Origin: Amoebidium appalachense
Lineage: Eukaryota; Protista; Ichthyosporea
Assembly (NCBI GenBank): GCA_963693365.1
Contig: CAVNZM010000011.1
Coordinates: 7,149,921-7,213,920 of the forward strand
Reading direction: 5' to 3'
DNA length: 64,000 nt
In this document: positions 28,787 through 42,086 of the stretch, one piece after another
How the letters are laid out: each line of letters begins with the position of its first letter
Position numbering within the stretch: position 1 is the first letter of the stretch
Position numbers and translations under genes: made by a program
The notes under the pieces: generated by a model
Seen by the model: only the letters and a program-made list of their open reading frames with translations
Told to the model about the DNA's origin: nothing
Databases searched by the model: none

Positions 28787-29439
28787 TGTTTTATTGAGTT
28801 TTGCGTCACAGAAATGATGATGAAAATGTTTGAAATGATAAATGAATGAAGGCTTGTTTTCTGTCTATATCCACTTCTGCCAAACCCATTCCTTCACTCC
28901 CTCCCTCCCTATGAGGAGCTTTCTCTCCCTCTCCATCCCCCCTGTTTTTTCTTTCTTATCTTTTGGTTTTGCGCATTTCGTATCAGAAGGACAAGCGCCA
29001 GTGCATGTCTGTATAGAGCGCACACCCACACAGACAGAGGAAGGGAGAGGGAGAGGAAAAGGGGGGGGGGGGGGGGGGGGGGGGAGAGAGGGGGGGAATA
29101 GAGGCTCGTTGAGGGTTAAAAAGGAGGATTTCACGACTTGGAAATAGGCACGTGTGCTACCAACACATCAAAGGTGGCCACATGTAGGCATACCTAATGA
29201 CAAAGTGATACAAGGAATACCTAGTAGCCGTTATAAGTGTACACACACATATTTCCAAACCGTTGGGTGTATGTATGGCAGTGTTTTCCGTCTCTTTTTT
29301 CTTGTTGGTTTTTATGATAGGAATGCATGTATGAATCGTACAGGATCTTGTGTTTGATAAGAATGGTTCTGTGTACAGTGGCATGGTTGTTATTATCTGC
29401 ACTGGATCGAGAAGACACTCCGGAAGGAATGAAGACGAC

Positions 29440-30240
29440 ATATGTCCTGTGTAATCATGATGTTTAGTATTTATGTGTAGTGATTGAAGAATACAATTTG
29501 AAATGAATGAAGAAATTTTTTTGTGATGAATTAAGAATACAATGAGTAATGAATGAAAAATACCTTGACAGTGTGCAAGTGATCATAATCAATGAAGAAT
29601 ATGTTGTGTAATCAAGAAAGAATATATAGTGTAATGATGTTTGTGTATCTCAATGAATGAATAATGCAGTCTTTGATGAATGATCGAAGAGTACTGTGTA
29701 ATATACGAAAATTACAGTGTGGATACATTGTGTAATCAATGAAGAATATAAAGTGTGTTATGATAAGTACTATGGATGTGTAATGATTAAAGAATACAAT
29801 TCGACATGGAGGCCTAGGGGAGAATACAGTGTGTAAAAATGAAGGATACGATGTGTAATAAACGGAGAATATAATGTGCACAGGTAAATGATAACCTATA
29901 CAATGTGTAATCAATGAAGAATACATTTCAACGATGTGGAGTGTACTGATTGAAGGCAGCAACAATTCGAAATGAATGAACTTCAGAACACAGTGTGCAA
30001 TGAATGATTCAGAAGAAAACCATGCAGTGTGGAAGTGATCAATATATCATGATGTATGAAAGAAGGAGACATTTCGTGATCGCTGAGAAGTGCATATATA
30101 TATATGTATGTATGTATGTATATACTATTATATATATTGTAATATATATATATACTATAGTGTGTAGTAATTAAAGAATTCAAATCGTTGTTTTCATCAT
30201 TAATGTGTAAAAATTAAGGATGCAATGTGTAATATTGATA
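29440..30240 (+). repeat. AT-rich degenerate satellite built on tgtaatcaatgaagaata(c/t)a / acagtgtg motifs
   Basis: The motif aatcaatgaagaata and variants recur at e.g. 29587, 29733, 29908; composition differs sharply from the flanks. Confidence 0.65.
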
Positions 30241-30350
30241 AACAAAACTTACGATGTGGAATTGATAAGGAACATGTGTGTGTGTGTGTGCGTGTGTGTG
30301 TGTGTGTGTGTGCGTGCGTGCGTGCGTGTGTGTGTGTGTGTGTGAGAGAG

Positions 30351-30387
<37 letters not shown>

Positions 30388-31032
30388 CACTGTGTGTGTG
30401 TGAGTGATGTGTGTATTTGGTGGTGGTTGTCGGTGGTGGGGGAGGGAGAGGGGAGGGAGGGGAAGGTAGAGGGGGGCCCCGGGGAGGGGGGGGGGGGGGG
30501 GGGGAGAGGGGTGGGGGGTATGTTCGGAGTATCGATCAGTTCCATATCTATGGCGATCGACATATGAGAGGGTCCATGCAAACAAGTGCACGAGCTTTTG
30601 GGTCACCCACCGGCCTCGATTGATGCGCATGCATGCATATGCACATACATCGATCCTTCCCCCCGAGGCCCTCTTCCTCTTTAATTCCCTCCTCCCCTCC
30701 CTCCTCCTCTTTCCCCCCCTCTCCCCTCCCCCCCCCCCCCTCCTCCCCTCCCGCCCTGCTCCCTCCTCTTCTCCCGCCCCCCCATCTCCCCTCCCCTTCC
30801 TCCCCTCCCCCTCCCCCCCCCCCCCCCCCCGCCCGCCATCCCCCCCCCCCCCCCCCCCCCTCCTCCCCTCCCTGCTCCAGGACCCCCCCCCCCCCCCCCC
30901 CCCCCCCCCGGGGCCTCCATTCTCCCCCCCCCCCTCCCCCCCCCCCCCCCCCCTTCCCCTCCTCCCCCCTTTTGAATCCGGACGCTCTTTCCCCTAAAGC
31001 CACCTACCCATCCACCCAGTGAACGTGCACAC

Positions 31033-31256
31033 GTGAAAGATCTATTAGACACGTGCACACGTGAAAGATCTATTAGACACGTGCACACGTGAAAGATCTA
31101 TTAGACACGTGCACACGTGAAAGATCTATTAGACACGTGCACACGTGAAAGATCTATTAGACATGTGCACACGTGAAAGATCTATTAGACACGTGCACAC
31201 GTGAAAGATCTATTAGACACGTGCTTACGTGAAAGATCTATTAGACACGTGCACAC
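31033..31256 (+). repeat. Minisatellite, 8 x 28 bp (gtgaaagatctattagacacgtgcacac), carrying paired CACGTG E-boxes
   Basis: Units start at 31033, 31061, 31089, 31117, 31145, 31173, 31201 and 31229; only two units carry variants. Confidence 0.95.
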
Positions 31257-31426
31257 CAGCCAACAACCAGCCATACCTGTGTCAGTTGTCACTTAACACC
31301 ATATGTGGGCAAAAACTGGGCAAAAGAAACAGCAAATCTCAGTGTACGCGTGCTGCAAAATATATTGTTGGTCAAGACATTGCAATTGTACGGTGGTGGT
31401 GGTGGTATGTGTGTGTGCTTGTGTGC

Positions 31427-31459
<33 letters not shown>

Positions 31460-32478
31460 TGTGTGCGGCGTGTGTGACGCGAGTGCTCGCGGGGGCGCGG
31501 GGCTGGGGGAGGGGATTAGGAATTTAGGGGAGGGCTGTTTTTTCGTGAAGTAACAAACGACAAATTGACGACCTCCAAGGAAAGTTACAGAAATTTAACG
31601 TTTTCCGGTATTCTGTTTCGATTTGCAATCTTAAGTAGGAGTGACCAGCACACCCACCGATACTACCAAATAAGGCATGTATGTGACCATATATGGTAAT
31701 ACGCCTCGCGTCTACCTGGGCTTCTTCTGCCCGCAACATTCATACTCACTGGCTCGATCCAACGGGCATTTCTCTGAGACAATACTTCAAACCTGAATCC
31801 CTCCCCCCCCAACCCTCCCCCCTGGCACCCCCGAGGGAGGGGCCTAGCCACACACTATTGTGGCTTCTTTGTAAACTCGTCTTTTTCAAAGAGTCAAAGG
31901 CAGCTATTTCTAGATAACAAGGGTATAGCATGTGTTTACACGCGACAGTTCTGTTCTTAAAAAAATGAAAGAAAATGATAGAATTTACAAAAAAAAAAAT
32001 ACAAAAAAAACAAAAAAACACGAATATTTTGCCCTAAGGTCTACGTGCCTCTCAAACAGACCTATGTCTCGGCCCCCATGCCATCTTCAAACGGATAGTT
32101 TCTCGACGTCTGTTTTTAGTTTGCACATACACACACACTGCTAGGCAAGCATTACGTTATTTTCTGACGTGCACAAACAAAGTCGTTTGGTACTTACACA
32201 CAAAAAATAGCATACCTCCCCCAATAGCCACAAAGCGGAATCTGAAAACGAAAAGAACGCAGCGTTGGTGGGGTGGCCGGTGTGTGTGTGTGTGTCTGTG
32301 TCTGTGTGTGTGTGTGTGCCACATGTGTCTGTGTCTGAGTGTGTGTGCGCGTACGCAAATGTGCGCGTGCGCTTGTGTATGTGTATGTGTGTGCGCACAC
32401 ACATGCGCGTGTGTCTGCGTGCGTGTGTGTGCATTTGGTGTAAGGGGAGAAGATATTTCGATCCCATTTTTCACTTCC

Positions 32479-32862
32479 TCACTCCATCATCATTGCACTT
32501 TGCTGCTCGTATCCATAGTGGTCATCCTCTTCGTCATAGGGCCTACGTAACCCCTCAAAAGGGTTGGGGGGTGCCTGCCTGTACACCTCCCCCCCATCCT
32601 CTTCATCTGGCTCGTACCCCCTCTTGTCTCTACCCCCCACTCGGTTCGCTTGGTTGTTTTGAACCATTTGCCGCGCCTTGTAGATGGGTTCGTATTCCTG
32701 GGGAAGAAAACAAAAAAAAAAAGGGGGGGGGGGGGGGGGGGGGGGGGGAGAACAAAGAGAGGCTATGTGAGAGCATGATTTCGTTATCACCTTGCAATCA
32801 ACCCCCCATCCCCCCTCCCCCTTAATCACCACCCAACCAAAAAGCCAAGAACAGCACCTTCC

Positions 32863-32895
<33 letters not shown>

Positions 32896-33694
32896 AAAAA
32901 AAGGAAAAACACGCCTGCCCAACCGCCCGCCCCCACACACACACACACAAGCACCCACGCACGCACGCGCCCATAAGTTCAGGTAAGAAAAAAAAAAAGA
33001 TAAACGGATCACGCGGCTGCCCAAGTGCAACCATCTACATCATGCATGCACACACACACATATCCACCAGGGGTGGTCACGTGAAAAGGTCAGATACGGA
33101 GCCCCCCCCTCCCCCCCCCCCCCCCCCCCACCCACACCACACCCACCGTCCATCCATCCACCCTCTCTTATCGAAAAGAAAACAAGAACATCACGTACCA
33201 CCTCGTATCATGCATCAAAACATCAACCCTGTGGCCATCTACTTCCACACATAACATTCACCAACACCTTCAATAAGAGACCGCAACCAGCAACACGAGC
33301 CCCCCCCCCCCCCCTCCCCCCCCTCCCCTCGCCCCTCCCCCCCCCCCCCCCCCCCCGGGGCGTCTCCTTCCTCCCATTCCCCCACCACCCCTCCCCCCAC
33401 CATTCTATTCCCTCCCTCTCCCCCCAGATGGTAGCAAGGGCATCTGCATAACTTCTCGCCCAACCCCTTTCCCCACTCCCACGTCTCTCTACTGTTGTGT
33501 CATATCAATCGCCCTGCCAAGTTTCAACCCAAGGAGAAACCCTCTTAAAGCAAATAAATACACATGCACAGGCACATATGCCCACCCACCCCACACTCAC
33601 ACATCGGCCCAAAAACCAAGAGCACAACACCTACCGAGAACTGAGCGCAGAAACCCTCGTTTGGGTTGATACAGAACCTCCTACTCTCAAACAA

Positions 33695-33731
<37 letters not shown>

Positions 33732-36369
33732 ACACAAGCAAAACCCAACACACAAAACCAAAAAAACACCAACAAAACGAAACTATCCAAAACCCGCAGG
33801 ACAAGAAAACAACCAGCAAACACGAGAGAAGAAGTAGAAGAAGAACAAAAGATCAAGCACATACCGACAACTGAGCGCAGAACCCCTCGTTCGGATTGAT
33901 GCAGAACCTCCTACTCTGCACCATCAGATAGGCCTCATCATAACCCATGCCGTTCCTCTCCATCACGTATGCAATCAGTAGCGCAGCACTGCGCGAGATC
34001 CCGGCGTTGCCGTGGACGAGCACACGCCCACCCTGAGACAGCGAACCGTTGACAAAGTCCCGGAACTGTGTACGAGTGTGTGTGTGCGTGTGTGTGTGGT
34101 GTGTGTGTGTGCGCGTGCGCGTTGCGTGTGTGTGTGCGTGCCGAGGGGGGAGGAGGGGAGGGGGAGGGAGGGGGGACGAAGGAGAAGGGAGGGGAGGATG
34201 GGAGGCTTGCTTGTGCGTGTGTGTGTGTGTGTGTGCGTGTGTGCGCGCGCGCACGTGTATGTGTGTTTGCGCGCGTCTGTGCCGCATATGTGTATGCCTT
34301 CAGGTGCTCGCGTGTTTGTGTGAGAGCGGTTGTGGTGTGTGGATGTAATGGACAGAGGAAGAGGTCAGATTGTGTCAAGGAACAGAAAAGGAGATGGGAA
34401 ATGGAGTAAAATGGGTTGAAGCATTTGTACTTTCGTCCTTCCTTTCTTTCTTTTATCAACACTTCTCTTCTTCATTTTTTTTTTTAACACAAACAAAAAC
34501 ACACACACACACACACACACACACCCACACCCACACCCACACACACAGGGGGGTGAACGTGGGGCATAGAGAGAGAGCGAGCGAAAGAGAGAGAGTAGAA
34601 CCTTGCCTGGTGGGAAAGAAGAAAGGCATCAATCAAAAGGCCGTGAACAGCATACTAAACCCTAGAATAGGATACGGGCACTAAAAATGAAGAAGCAAGT
34701 AATGCCCGACACAGATTTCCAACAAGAGCGTACACATGCTCTACACCTATCTCCTTCCCGTTCCACTCTCTTTGCCTGTGACAGAACCATCCCTCTTCCC
34801 CCCTCCCTCCCCCTCTCCCTACGAAACCCCCCACCAGCCCACTCACCTCCCCTCCCACACACATGCATGCCATCTCCCCCCCCCCCCCCCCTCCCCTCCC
34901 CCCGGACTCACCCCTACTACCACCATCACAAACACTCAAGGGATTCCCTGCTCAGGTTCGACCCATCATTCCCACAACCATCCTCCTTCTATCAATGACC
35001 CTACACATGGTCGGTGGTGCGCAAAGATCACAACTGCTACGTAATAGTCTGTTCGGAGATCTAACGTCTTGGTTTTGCCAGCACGCAGTGCAGATGTTGG
35101 ACTCTAGACTATACAAAATAAGCGTGCTTTCAGGCAATTGCAGTTATAGTGCATAGGCATCAGTGAAGCCACCAACGGGCAAAAATCCATGAACCTTTTT
35201 GTGTCAACTAACGCAACTAAGAACTTCCTGAACAACAAACCTCCCCCGCCCCCCCCCCCCCCCACCACCACCACCACAACCATCCCACTCCTGTCAACTG
35301 CTCCCACCCCCCCCCTCCCCGCCCCTTTCACCAAAACACACACACCCACCACCACCACGCCCTCACCCAACCCCACCCCCTATCCGCAACCCTCTTTGCC
35401 CATCTCACACACACTCATCCACCCATCCCTACCCCGCGGCCTCCAAAGCATACACAAGTAAAAATAGCAGGTGGAAGGACAAGTGGTAGACATACCCTTG
35501 GGAAGTGGTGTATGATGTTCTCGCCAGGCGAGTCGTGGACCTCAATGACGAGATAACTGATGCGGCCCTCAAAGTTGCAGCGCACAAAGGGAGCCTCTTG
35601 CCTGCAGCCGAGAACACAAAAGACGCTTGTGAGGTTTGCCAAGCCGGCTACGAAGGTCAAAGCAAAATGAAAAATAAGAAGAAACAAGGCGGAGGGGATG
35701 AAAAAAACAAGCCGTGGGCACTGGTTAAGGAATCTAAAAAGAAATCAAGCACTTGAGCAAAAGCGAAAAGTGGACAACTAGGGGCAGGGGATGAACAGGA
35801 GCAAAAAGACGAGGGAAAAGAGTTTAGGAAAATGGGTTCGGTATGTTTAAAAGCGTGTTGGTGTTTATAGACCTCCAAGGCGCTACTTTGTAGCCTCCCC
35901 CCCCCCCCCCCCCCCCCCCCCCTACTCCCTCCCTATACAACCCTCCTTCCCACCACCCCTCAAACTCAAGCACGGAGATCCTCAAGTTTGGTTCAAGTGG
36001 CCGTTAGCAACAACGAAAATCCCGAACAAAGAAAGGCAGACTCTTCGTGCTGGGCACCAGAAAAACATACAGGAGAGTAGCCTAATGAGCCTCAAGCACT
36101 GTTCATTATGACACTATCCAGGTGCCTTTTTTCTTATTACCCAACATAACGGAATCAAGAAAAAACAAACAAACATCGAGATAAGTGTTGGCTCACGGTT
36201 CTCTGATGCAGACAATGTGGGTGATGCCAGCCTTCTCCAGTTGGGGTAGCTGGCCAAGCTTGGCTGCCGCATATGGGCCAAGGAAGATGCCGGGCAAAAC
36301 CTCCTGCATGTCTCTCCTCATGTTGTACGCCCATGGCTGTGACGACTCTGAGCTTTGCAAGCTCACCAT
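32479..36369 (-). CDS. STYX: STYX serine/threonine/tyrosine-interacting pseudophosphatase, ~232 aa; exons 36369-36197, 35601-35496, 34065-33865, 32697-32479
   Basis: WAYNMRRDMQEVLPGIFLGPY, THIVCIR, VLVHGNAGISRSAA (catalytic Cys replaced by Gly as in STYX), RRFCINPNEGF, EYEPIY; GT-AG phases consistent. Confidence 0.93.
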
Positions 36370-36864
36370 TTTCGACCTGCTTTTCTGTTCACTCAATGGA
36401 ATGTGTATAGTAGTAAACTACGCCCCCAAAAGCACAAATAATGAGTGCAAATAGGGGTTGTCGGCGCAAAGAAACCTCTATATATATTGTGCCCGAATGC
36501 TCGAGCTTGTGTAAAAATTGGCAGCACTTTCTTGCAAACGCACGAACAAGAAGAAGTCAAGGAGAATCAGCAGTATTTTCGTGCCGGGTATGTAGAAGGT
36601 GCAAGATTTCCTCTTTCTACGTTTCCAGGATATATTTCGGCGTGGTTATACCTTTTAAAAGCTGTTGGTAGCTTTAGAGAAAACCTCTGTAATCCTGTTC
36701 ACCTTTTCGCTTTTCTGTTTTCTGGTTTACGTTTTCGTGTGGTCTTGCAGTCGACACGGCAGTGCGCGCCAATAAAAAAGACTAAATCGCGTAGACTGTC
36801 AACTGACGTCATAATCTAGATTTGAGGGGGTGCAAGGATCGATACGGAAGACTATTCGTCGTGC
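36370..36864. promoter_or_regulatory. Probable bidirectional promoter between STYX (-) and MRPL24 (+); CRE TGACGTCA at 36804-36811, CCAAT near 36769
   Basis: Head-to-head genes separated by a short microsatellite-free spacer; motifs read directly. Confidence 0.45.
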
Positions 36865-37340
36865 ATGCCTCCGCGTGACCGCGAAGGCCAGGTGTGTGTG
36901 TTGTGTGTGAGAGAGAGAGAGCGAGAGAGAGCGAGAGAGAGGGCGAGAGAGAGAAAGAGGGAGAGAACATAGAAAGTTTATTTACGTTCTTGCATTAGGC
37001 ATTTATTTTTGTTTATTTTCAACCACACAAACGCCTCTAGATACGGTGCAAGCTAAAACCTTTCGAGACACTAATTACCACCCCTGAGTGAGCGAAACAC
37101 TAAAAACCACTATTATTAGAGGGTGCTTTTGGGATTTTGAAAGGAAAAACGCTATGGTGAAGAGCCAAAAACGAAAGTGCGGGAAAATAGTATAGTATGC
37201 TTCTTTCTTAACCCACACAACCGTGCAGCGGATGTCACTGTAGTCCAACTTGTCGAAAGCTTTGCTTTGTGCCCAGTCATAGAAAGAAACATAGAAGTTA
37301 AGTTTTCTACTATTATTGTTTTCTCTTACACACAGCGAGA

Positions 37341-37573
37341 ATGAGCGGGGCAGGCAGGCAATCGTATTTGACTGCAAAGGCGATGGGCAAAAAACTAAAG
37401 CCGCCAGCACCAAAGATTCCCCGTTGGAACATACACAAGGGTGACCTGGTGAGTGGCAAATCCCTTTTTTCATGTTGTCACTTCTTAGCCATCCGGAACC
37501 CCTGTGTGTAATTTTCTTACTTGCTCTGATGATAGGAGTAGCCATTGTGCCCCTGCCCTTACAAGCTCGGTTG

Positions 37574-37652
<79 letters not shown>

Positions 37653-37756
37653 GTGACACAGTGTGAGAATCCAATAGCTCAGGCGCAAACTTGAGCACAA
37701 GCACGAATATGCACGATTAAAAGAATACACCCTCCTTTTTTCGAAATATTTCTCTC

Positions 37757-37839
<83 letters not shown>

Positions 37840-37935
37840 TGTGTGTGTGTGTGTGTGTGTGTTGTCACTCTCTCCCCCCCCCCCCTCTCCCCCCCCCTCC
37901 CTCTCTCTATCTCCCCCCTCCCCTCCCCCTTCTCT

Positions 37936-37970
<35 letters not shown>

Positions 37971-38490
37971 TGCCTCTGCCCGGACACACTCTTGCTTGTT
38001 TTGCTCCACGGCCAGATGCGTGAAAGTCTGCTTAACGGCAAACACATGCGTCCTGTAACACCTTTGTGTCATCAGCATCTGTGCATCTTCTCCGGCTCTC
38101 CATGTGTCTTGTTATTTTTGTTCACTTAAGCATCCTCAATTTGGCGCACACCCCATTTTTAGCACAACTTGAACGTTCATCATTATCCACGCGAATGGAA
38201 GCCCATGAAAATGCCCCCAAACTCAGACGCAATTGATGACTTGGGCCCTCCCTGAGGATGGGCTCTGCTTATGACGCATACTGTGCGCATGGCTGATGCT
38301 GCATACTTGAATGTTTGCCTTTGCATGTGTCCTGCACCATGCTTCTCATCGTGTATGCGTACTTCGTACTGTGTTCCGCATTCAAAACCCCCCCCCTCCC
38401 CTCCCCCCTCCCCCTCTTCCCCTCACCCCCGCGTCCCACCTTTCTTCTCTCTCTCTCTCTCTCACTCTCTCTCACACACACACACACACA

Positions 38491-38563
<73 letters not shown>

Positions 38564-38572
38564 GTCTCTCTC

Positions 38573-38612
<40 letters not shown>

Positions 38613-40007
38613 CGCTCTCTCCTGTCCCACAACACACACACACACACACGGAACCACAGGGGCGATAAACTCCGCAGTTTGTGTCTACACTGGCTTTACC
38701 TCTTTGTCCGCCCGTGCGGTTTGTTCAGTGGTGTCCTGTATAGCTGTGTGTTTTTTTCTGTCTCGTGACGTGTGCGCATTTTCTTTGCTCCCTAGTTCAT
38801 GCGTCCATCCCCTCCACCCCGAACCCGCCTTTTTTGGATGGGCTCTACTCATGCATGCTCTTTGTGTGTGCTCTGCAACTTCTGCATTGTGTTGTCCATC
38901 GTAGATGTGTAGGCCGTAATATGTAACACATTCTAACCCCCCCCCCCCCCCCCCCCACACACACACAACTCATACATGTTTCAGCATGCACACACAAGGG
39001 CCTGCTCATGCGCAAGCGCACGTGCACACACACAGACACACGCGCGCGCATTCACACGCACAGACACACACACACACATACATTCACACAACACTAACAC
39101 ACACTCACACACTCACCCACTCATACCCAGCCCCGACTAATATTGCGGCTCACAACCATCCACCCACCCACTTGCAAACAAGCACGAACATGTGCGCATT
39201 CCGAGCCGCACACTTCCCCACATTTCTTGCATACTCACCCCCATATACCTTAAATCAAAGAAGTAGGGAAATGGGTGCACACTGTGTAACGATGTGCATG
39301 TATGCTGTTTGAATGGTTGGGTGAGGAGGATGGGGAGTTTTTTTTTTTTTTTTGGTGGGTGGGGTGAGGGGGGGATGAGAGGGGCAGAGAGGGGGGGGGG
39401 GGGGGGGGTGGGGGAGGGAGGAATGGAGGTCGAGGAGGAGGAGAGAGAGTGAGAGAGAGAAGGGGAGGAGGGGGGGAGGAAAATGAGCACCCCGTTCCCA
39501 TATCCCGTTCCGGTAATCAACATTTAACCTTTTCGTTGATGGTGAGAGAGTAGTTCGGTGGTGAAGGCTTTCAAACTCTGGCCACACCTTATCTCCGTGT
39601 TCTAAAACATACAAGCCCACACCATCCACTACGATATTAACCTGTGCATTGTTTTAACCCCTCTCAGGTGGAGATTGTTGTGGGCAAGGACAAGGGCAAG
39701 CAAGGGAAGGTGCTGGAAGTCATCAGGGACAAGAACAGAATCGAGGTCGAGGGCGCACGTGTTGTATGTTCCCCCCCCCCCCCCCCCCCCCCCTCCCAGC
39801 TCGGCCAACACACCTGCACATAGATGTGCGCAAATATACCTGCACAGTCCATACACGCACACATACATGCACATACATGTACACGCGTATGCGCAGTCAC
39901 ATGTGCACACACACTCGCCCACGTGCAATAGTGGGTGCACACACACACACACACACACAGACGTTCGCGCCCATACACACACACACACACACGTCCGCGC
40001 CCATGCG

Positions 40008-40053
<46 letters not shown>

Positions 40054-40212
40054 TTCCTCGAGTCGCCACTAACCTGTATGGCATGCTCCTGCCCACCGTT
40101 CATGCATGCATAGGTGATTGAACGGGGAAAACGATATTGTTTTGTGGTTTTCTGAAGAACGTCTTTGGATTGCAGGTTCCCGTACCCTCTTGTTCTCTCA
40201 TGCTCTACCACG

Positions 40213-40246
<34 letters not shown>

Positions 40247-40270
40247 GCTCCTATGCTACGTTCTATGCCA

Positions 40271-40329
<59 letters not shown>

Positions 40330-40588
40330 CCTATGCTACGTCCTATGCTACCTTTTTGTTCTATTATTCTGATTGTCATTATAGCTGTTATTTATATTTG
40401 AAAATATATACATAATATTTTAACAGGTTTTTATTGTTGTTTCTAACGTTGGAATGTTTATTCTTTTCACAGGTCCAGCGATATGTAGCGCCAGACAAGA
40501 GCACCAACCAGCCGGGTGGCTTCAGGGAGAGAAACCAGCTTATCCACTACTCGGAGGTGGCCCTCGTCGACCCGGAGACAAAGTATTT

Positions 40589-40628
<40 letters not shown>

Positions 40629-41355
40629 GGAGGGGGGGGGGGGGTCATTGTCCCTTTTACTTAGCCCCTGTCAAGCCAAGTCTTTGATATGACCCCCCCC
40701 CAAACTCACCCCCCCAAACTCACCCCCCGGGGGACCGTTTGCTGTTCTCCCCAGGCCTCTTTTTCTTCCCATATTATCCATTTTTTCTTCCCCTCCCTCC
40801 TGTGTCCCTTTGCGCCTCCCTCCTCAACTCGTAAGCTATAGACGCCACCCCCCCACCCCCCTCCCTCCACCCCCGCCGGAGGATGGGCCTGCTTATGACA
40901 ATACTCTTTATTTGTGCTTTGCAACCTGCATTATGTTGTTAGTCATGATTTTGTACTCTCAACTCATTCTCCCCCCTTGGCCCTCCCTGAGGATGGGCTC
41001 TGCTTGTGACGCATACTGTGCGCACTGCAGATGCTGCATACTTGAATGTTTGCCTTTGCATGTGTCCTGCACCATGCTTCTCATCGTGTATGCGTACTTC
41101 GTACCGTGTTCCGCGTTCATCCCCCCCCCCCCCCCCCCCCCTCCCCCCCTCCTCCCCTCCCCCTCCCCCCCCGGACGGAGGATGGGATCTGCTTATGATG
41201 CATGTCTTAATGTCCCGTTTGCAATCTGCTGTTTTTTCAGTCATGAATGTGCAGCTCACGTTCTCGTAACTAACTCAACCCCCCCCCCCCCCCCCCCCCC
41301 CTTCACCCACTTACCCACCAACCCACCCACGACCACCAACACCCACACCCACCCG

Positions 41356-41418
<63 letters not shown>

Positions 41419-41551
41419 TCAGGAAACCCACCCGTGCCGTACTACGCAAGAACGAGAATGGAAAGACCATCCGCCTGTCAGCAACCACCGGTGCCCTGAT
41501 GCCCCTGGAGCAGTACTGGAAGAAGATGCGCGCAGACGTAGAGTGTATGTC

Positions 41552-41587
<36 letters not shown>

Positions 41588-42086
41588 AAAGCCGATATTC
41601 CATATGGACTTTCCTGTCTTCATTTCTGTTGCTTGCTGTCTCTGTCTCTCCTCTCACACATGCACACACATCCATAATCACGCACACACACACATCCAGG
41701 CGCACACGGACACGAATGCACTCAGACACTCACTCACTCACTAACCTACACCCACACACGCACGCACACACGGAGAGAGCGGGGGGAGGGGGGAGGGGGA
41801 GGGAAGAGAGAGGAGGGGGGAGGCACCCCATCTCTCTCCCCCCCCCCCCCCCCCCTACACACACACACACACACACACACAGTGCACACATGTTCCGGAC
41901 ACCCACTCACCTCTCTCTTCTCTTCCTCATGCCAACACAGTGGGAGCCAAGGACACACCGTCAAAGCAGGCACTCAAGACGACCTACCAGCCTACCATGC
42001 TGACCTTCGAGCAGACCATTATGAAGGCAATCACAGCAAACAGGCAGCAGCAGGAAGCAGCACTGTTGCAGGGTGCCGGCCAATAG
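37341..42086 (+). CDS. MRPL24: Mitochondrial ribosomal protein uL24m, ~193 aa; exons 37341-37448, 39668-39763, 40473-40582, 41423-41544, 41941-42086
   Basis: KOW motif WNIHKGDL|VEIVVGKDKGKQGKV, IHYSEVALVDP, and the mitochondrial-type tail GAKDT...KTTYQPTMLTFEQTIM; phases consistent. Confidence 0.9.
38236..38386 (+). mobile_element. Copy of the poly-C-tailed repeat family
   Basis: ccctgaggatgggctctgctt.tgacgcatactgtgcgca...gtacttcgtac.gtgttccgc.ttca is nearly identical to 40979-41120; ends ttcaaaa+C-run. Confidence 0.75.
40878..41300 (+). mobile_element. Three stacked head-to-tail copies of the poly-C-tailed repeat family (about 40878, 40979, 41178)
   Basis: Each begins with a gaggatggg..ctgctt.tga variant right after a C-rich tract and ends in a C-run. 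Confidence 0.7.

Noticed and set aside
31033-31256. 28-bp repeats superficially like a CRISPR array
   Set aside because: Units are contiguous with no unique spacers, no cas genes, eukaryotic context
34000-34025. Missing catalytic Cys in the phosphatase motif as a sign of pseudogenisation
   Set aside because: HGNAGISRS is the normal signature of STYX pseudophosphatases and the ORF is intact
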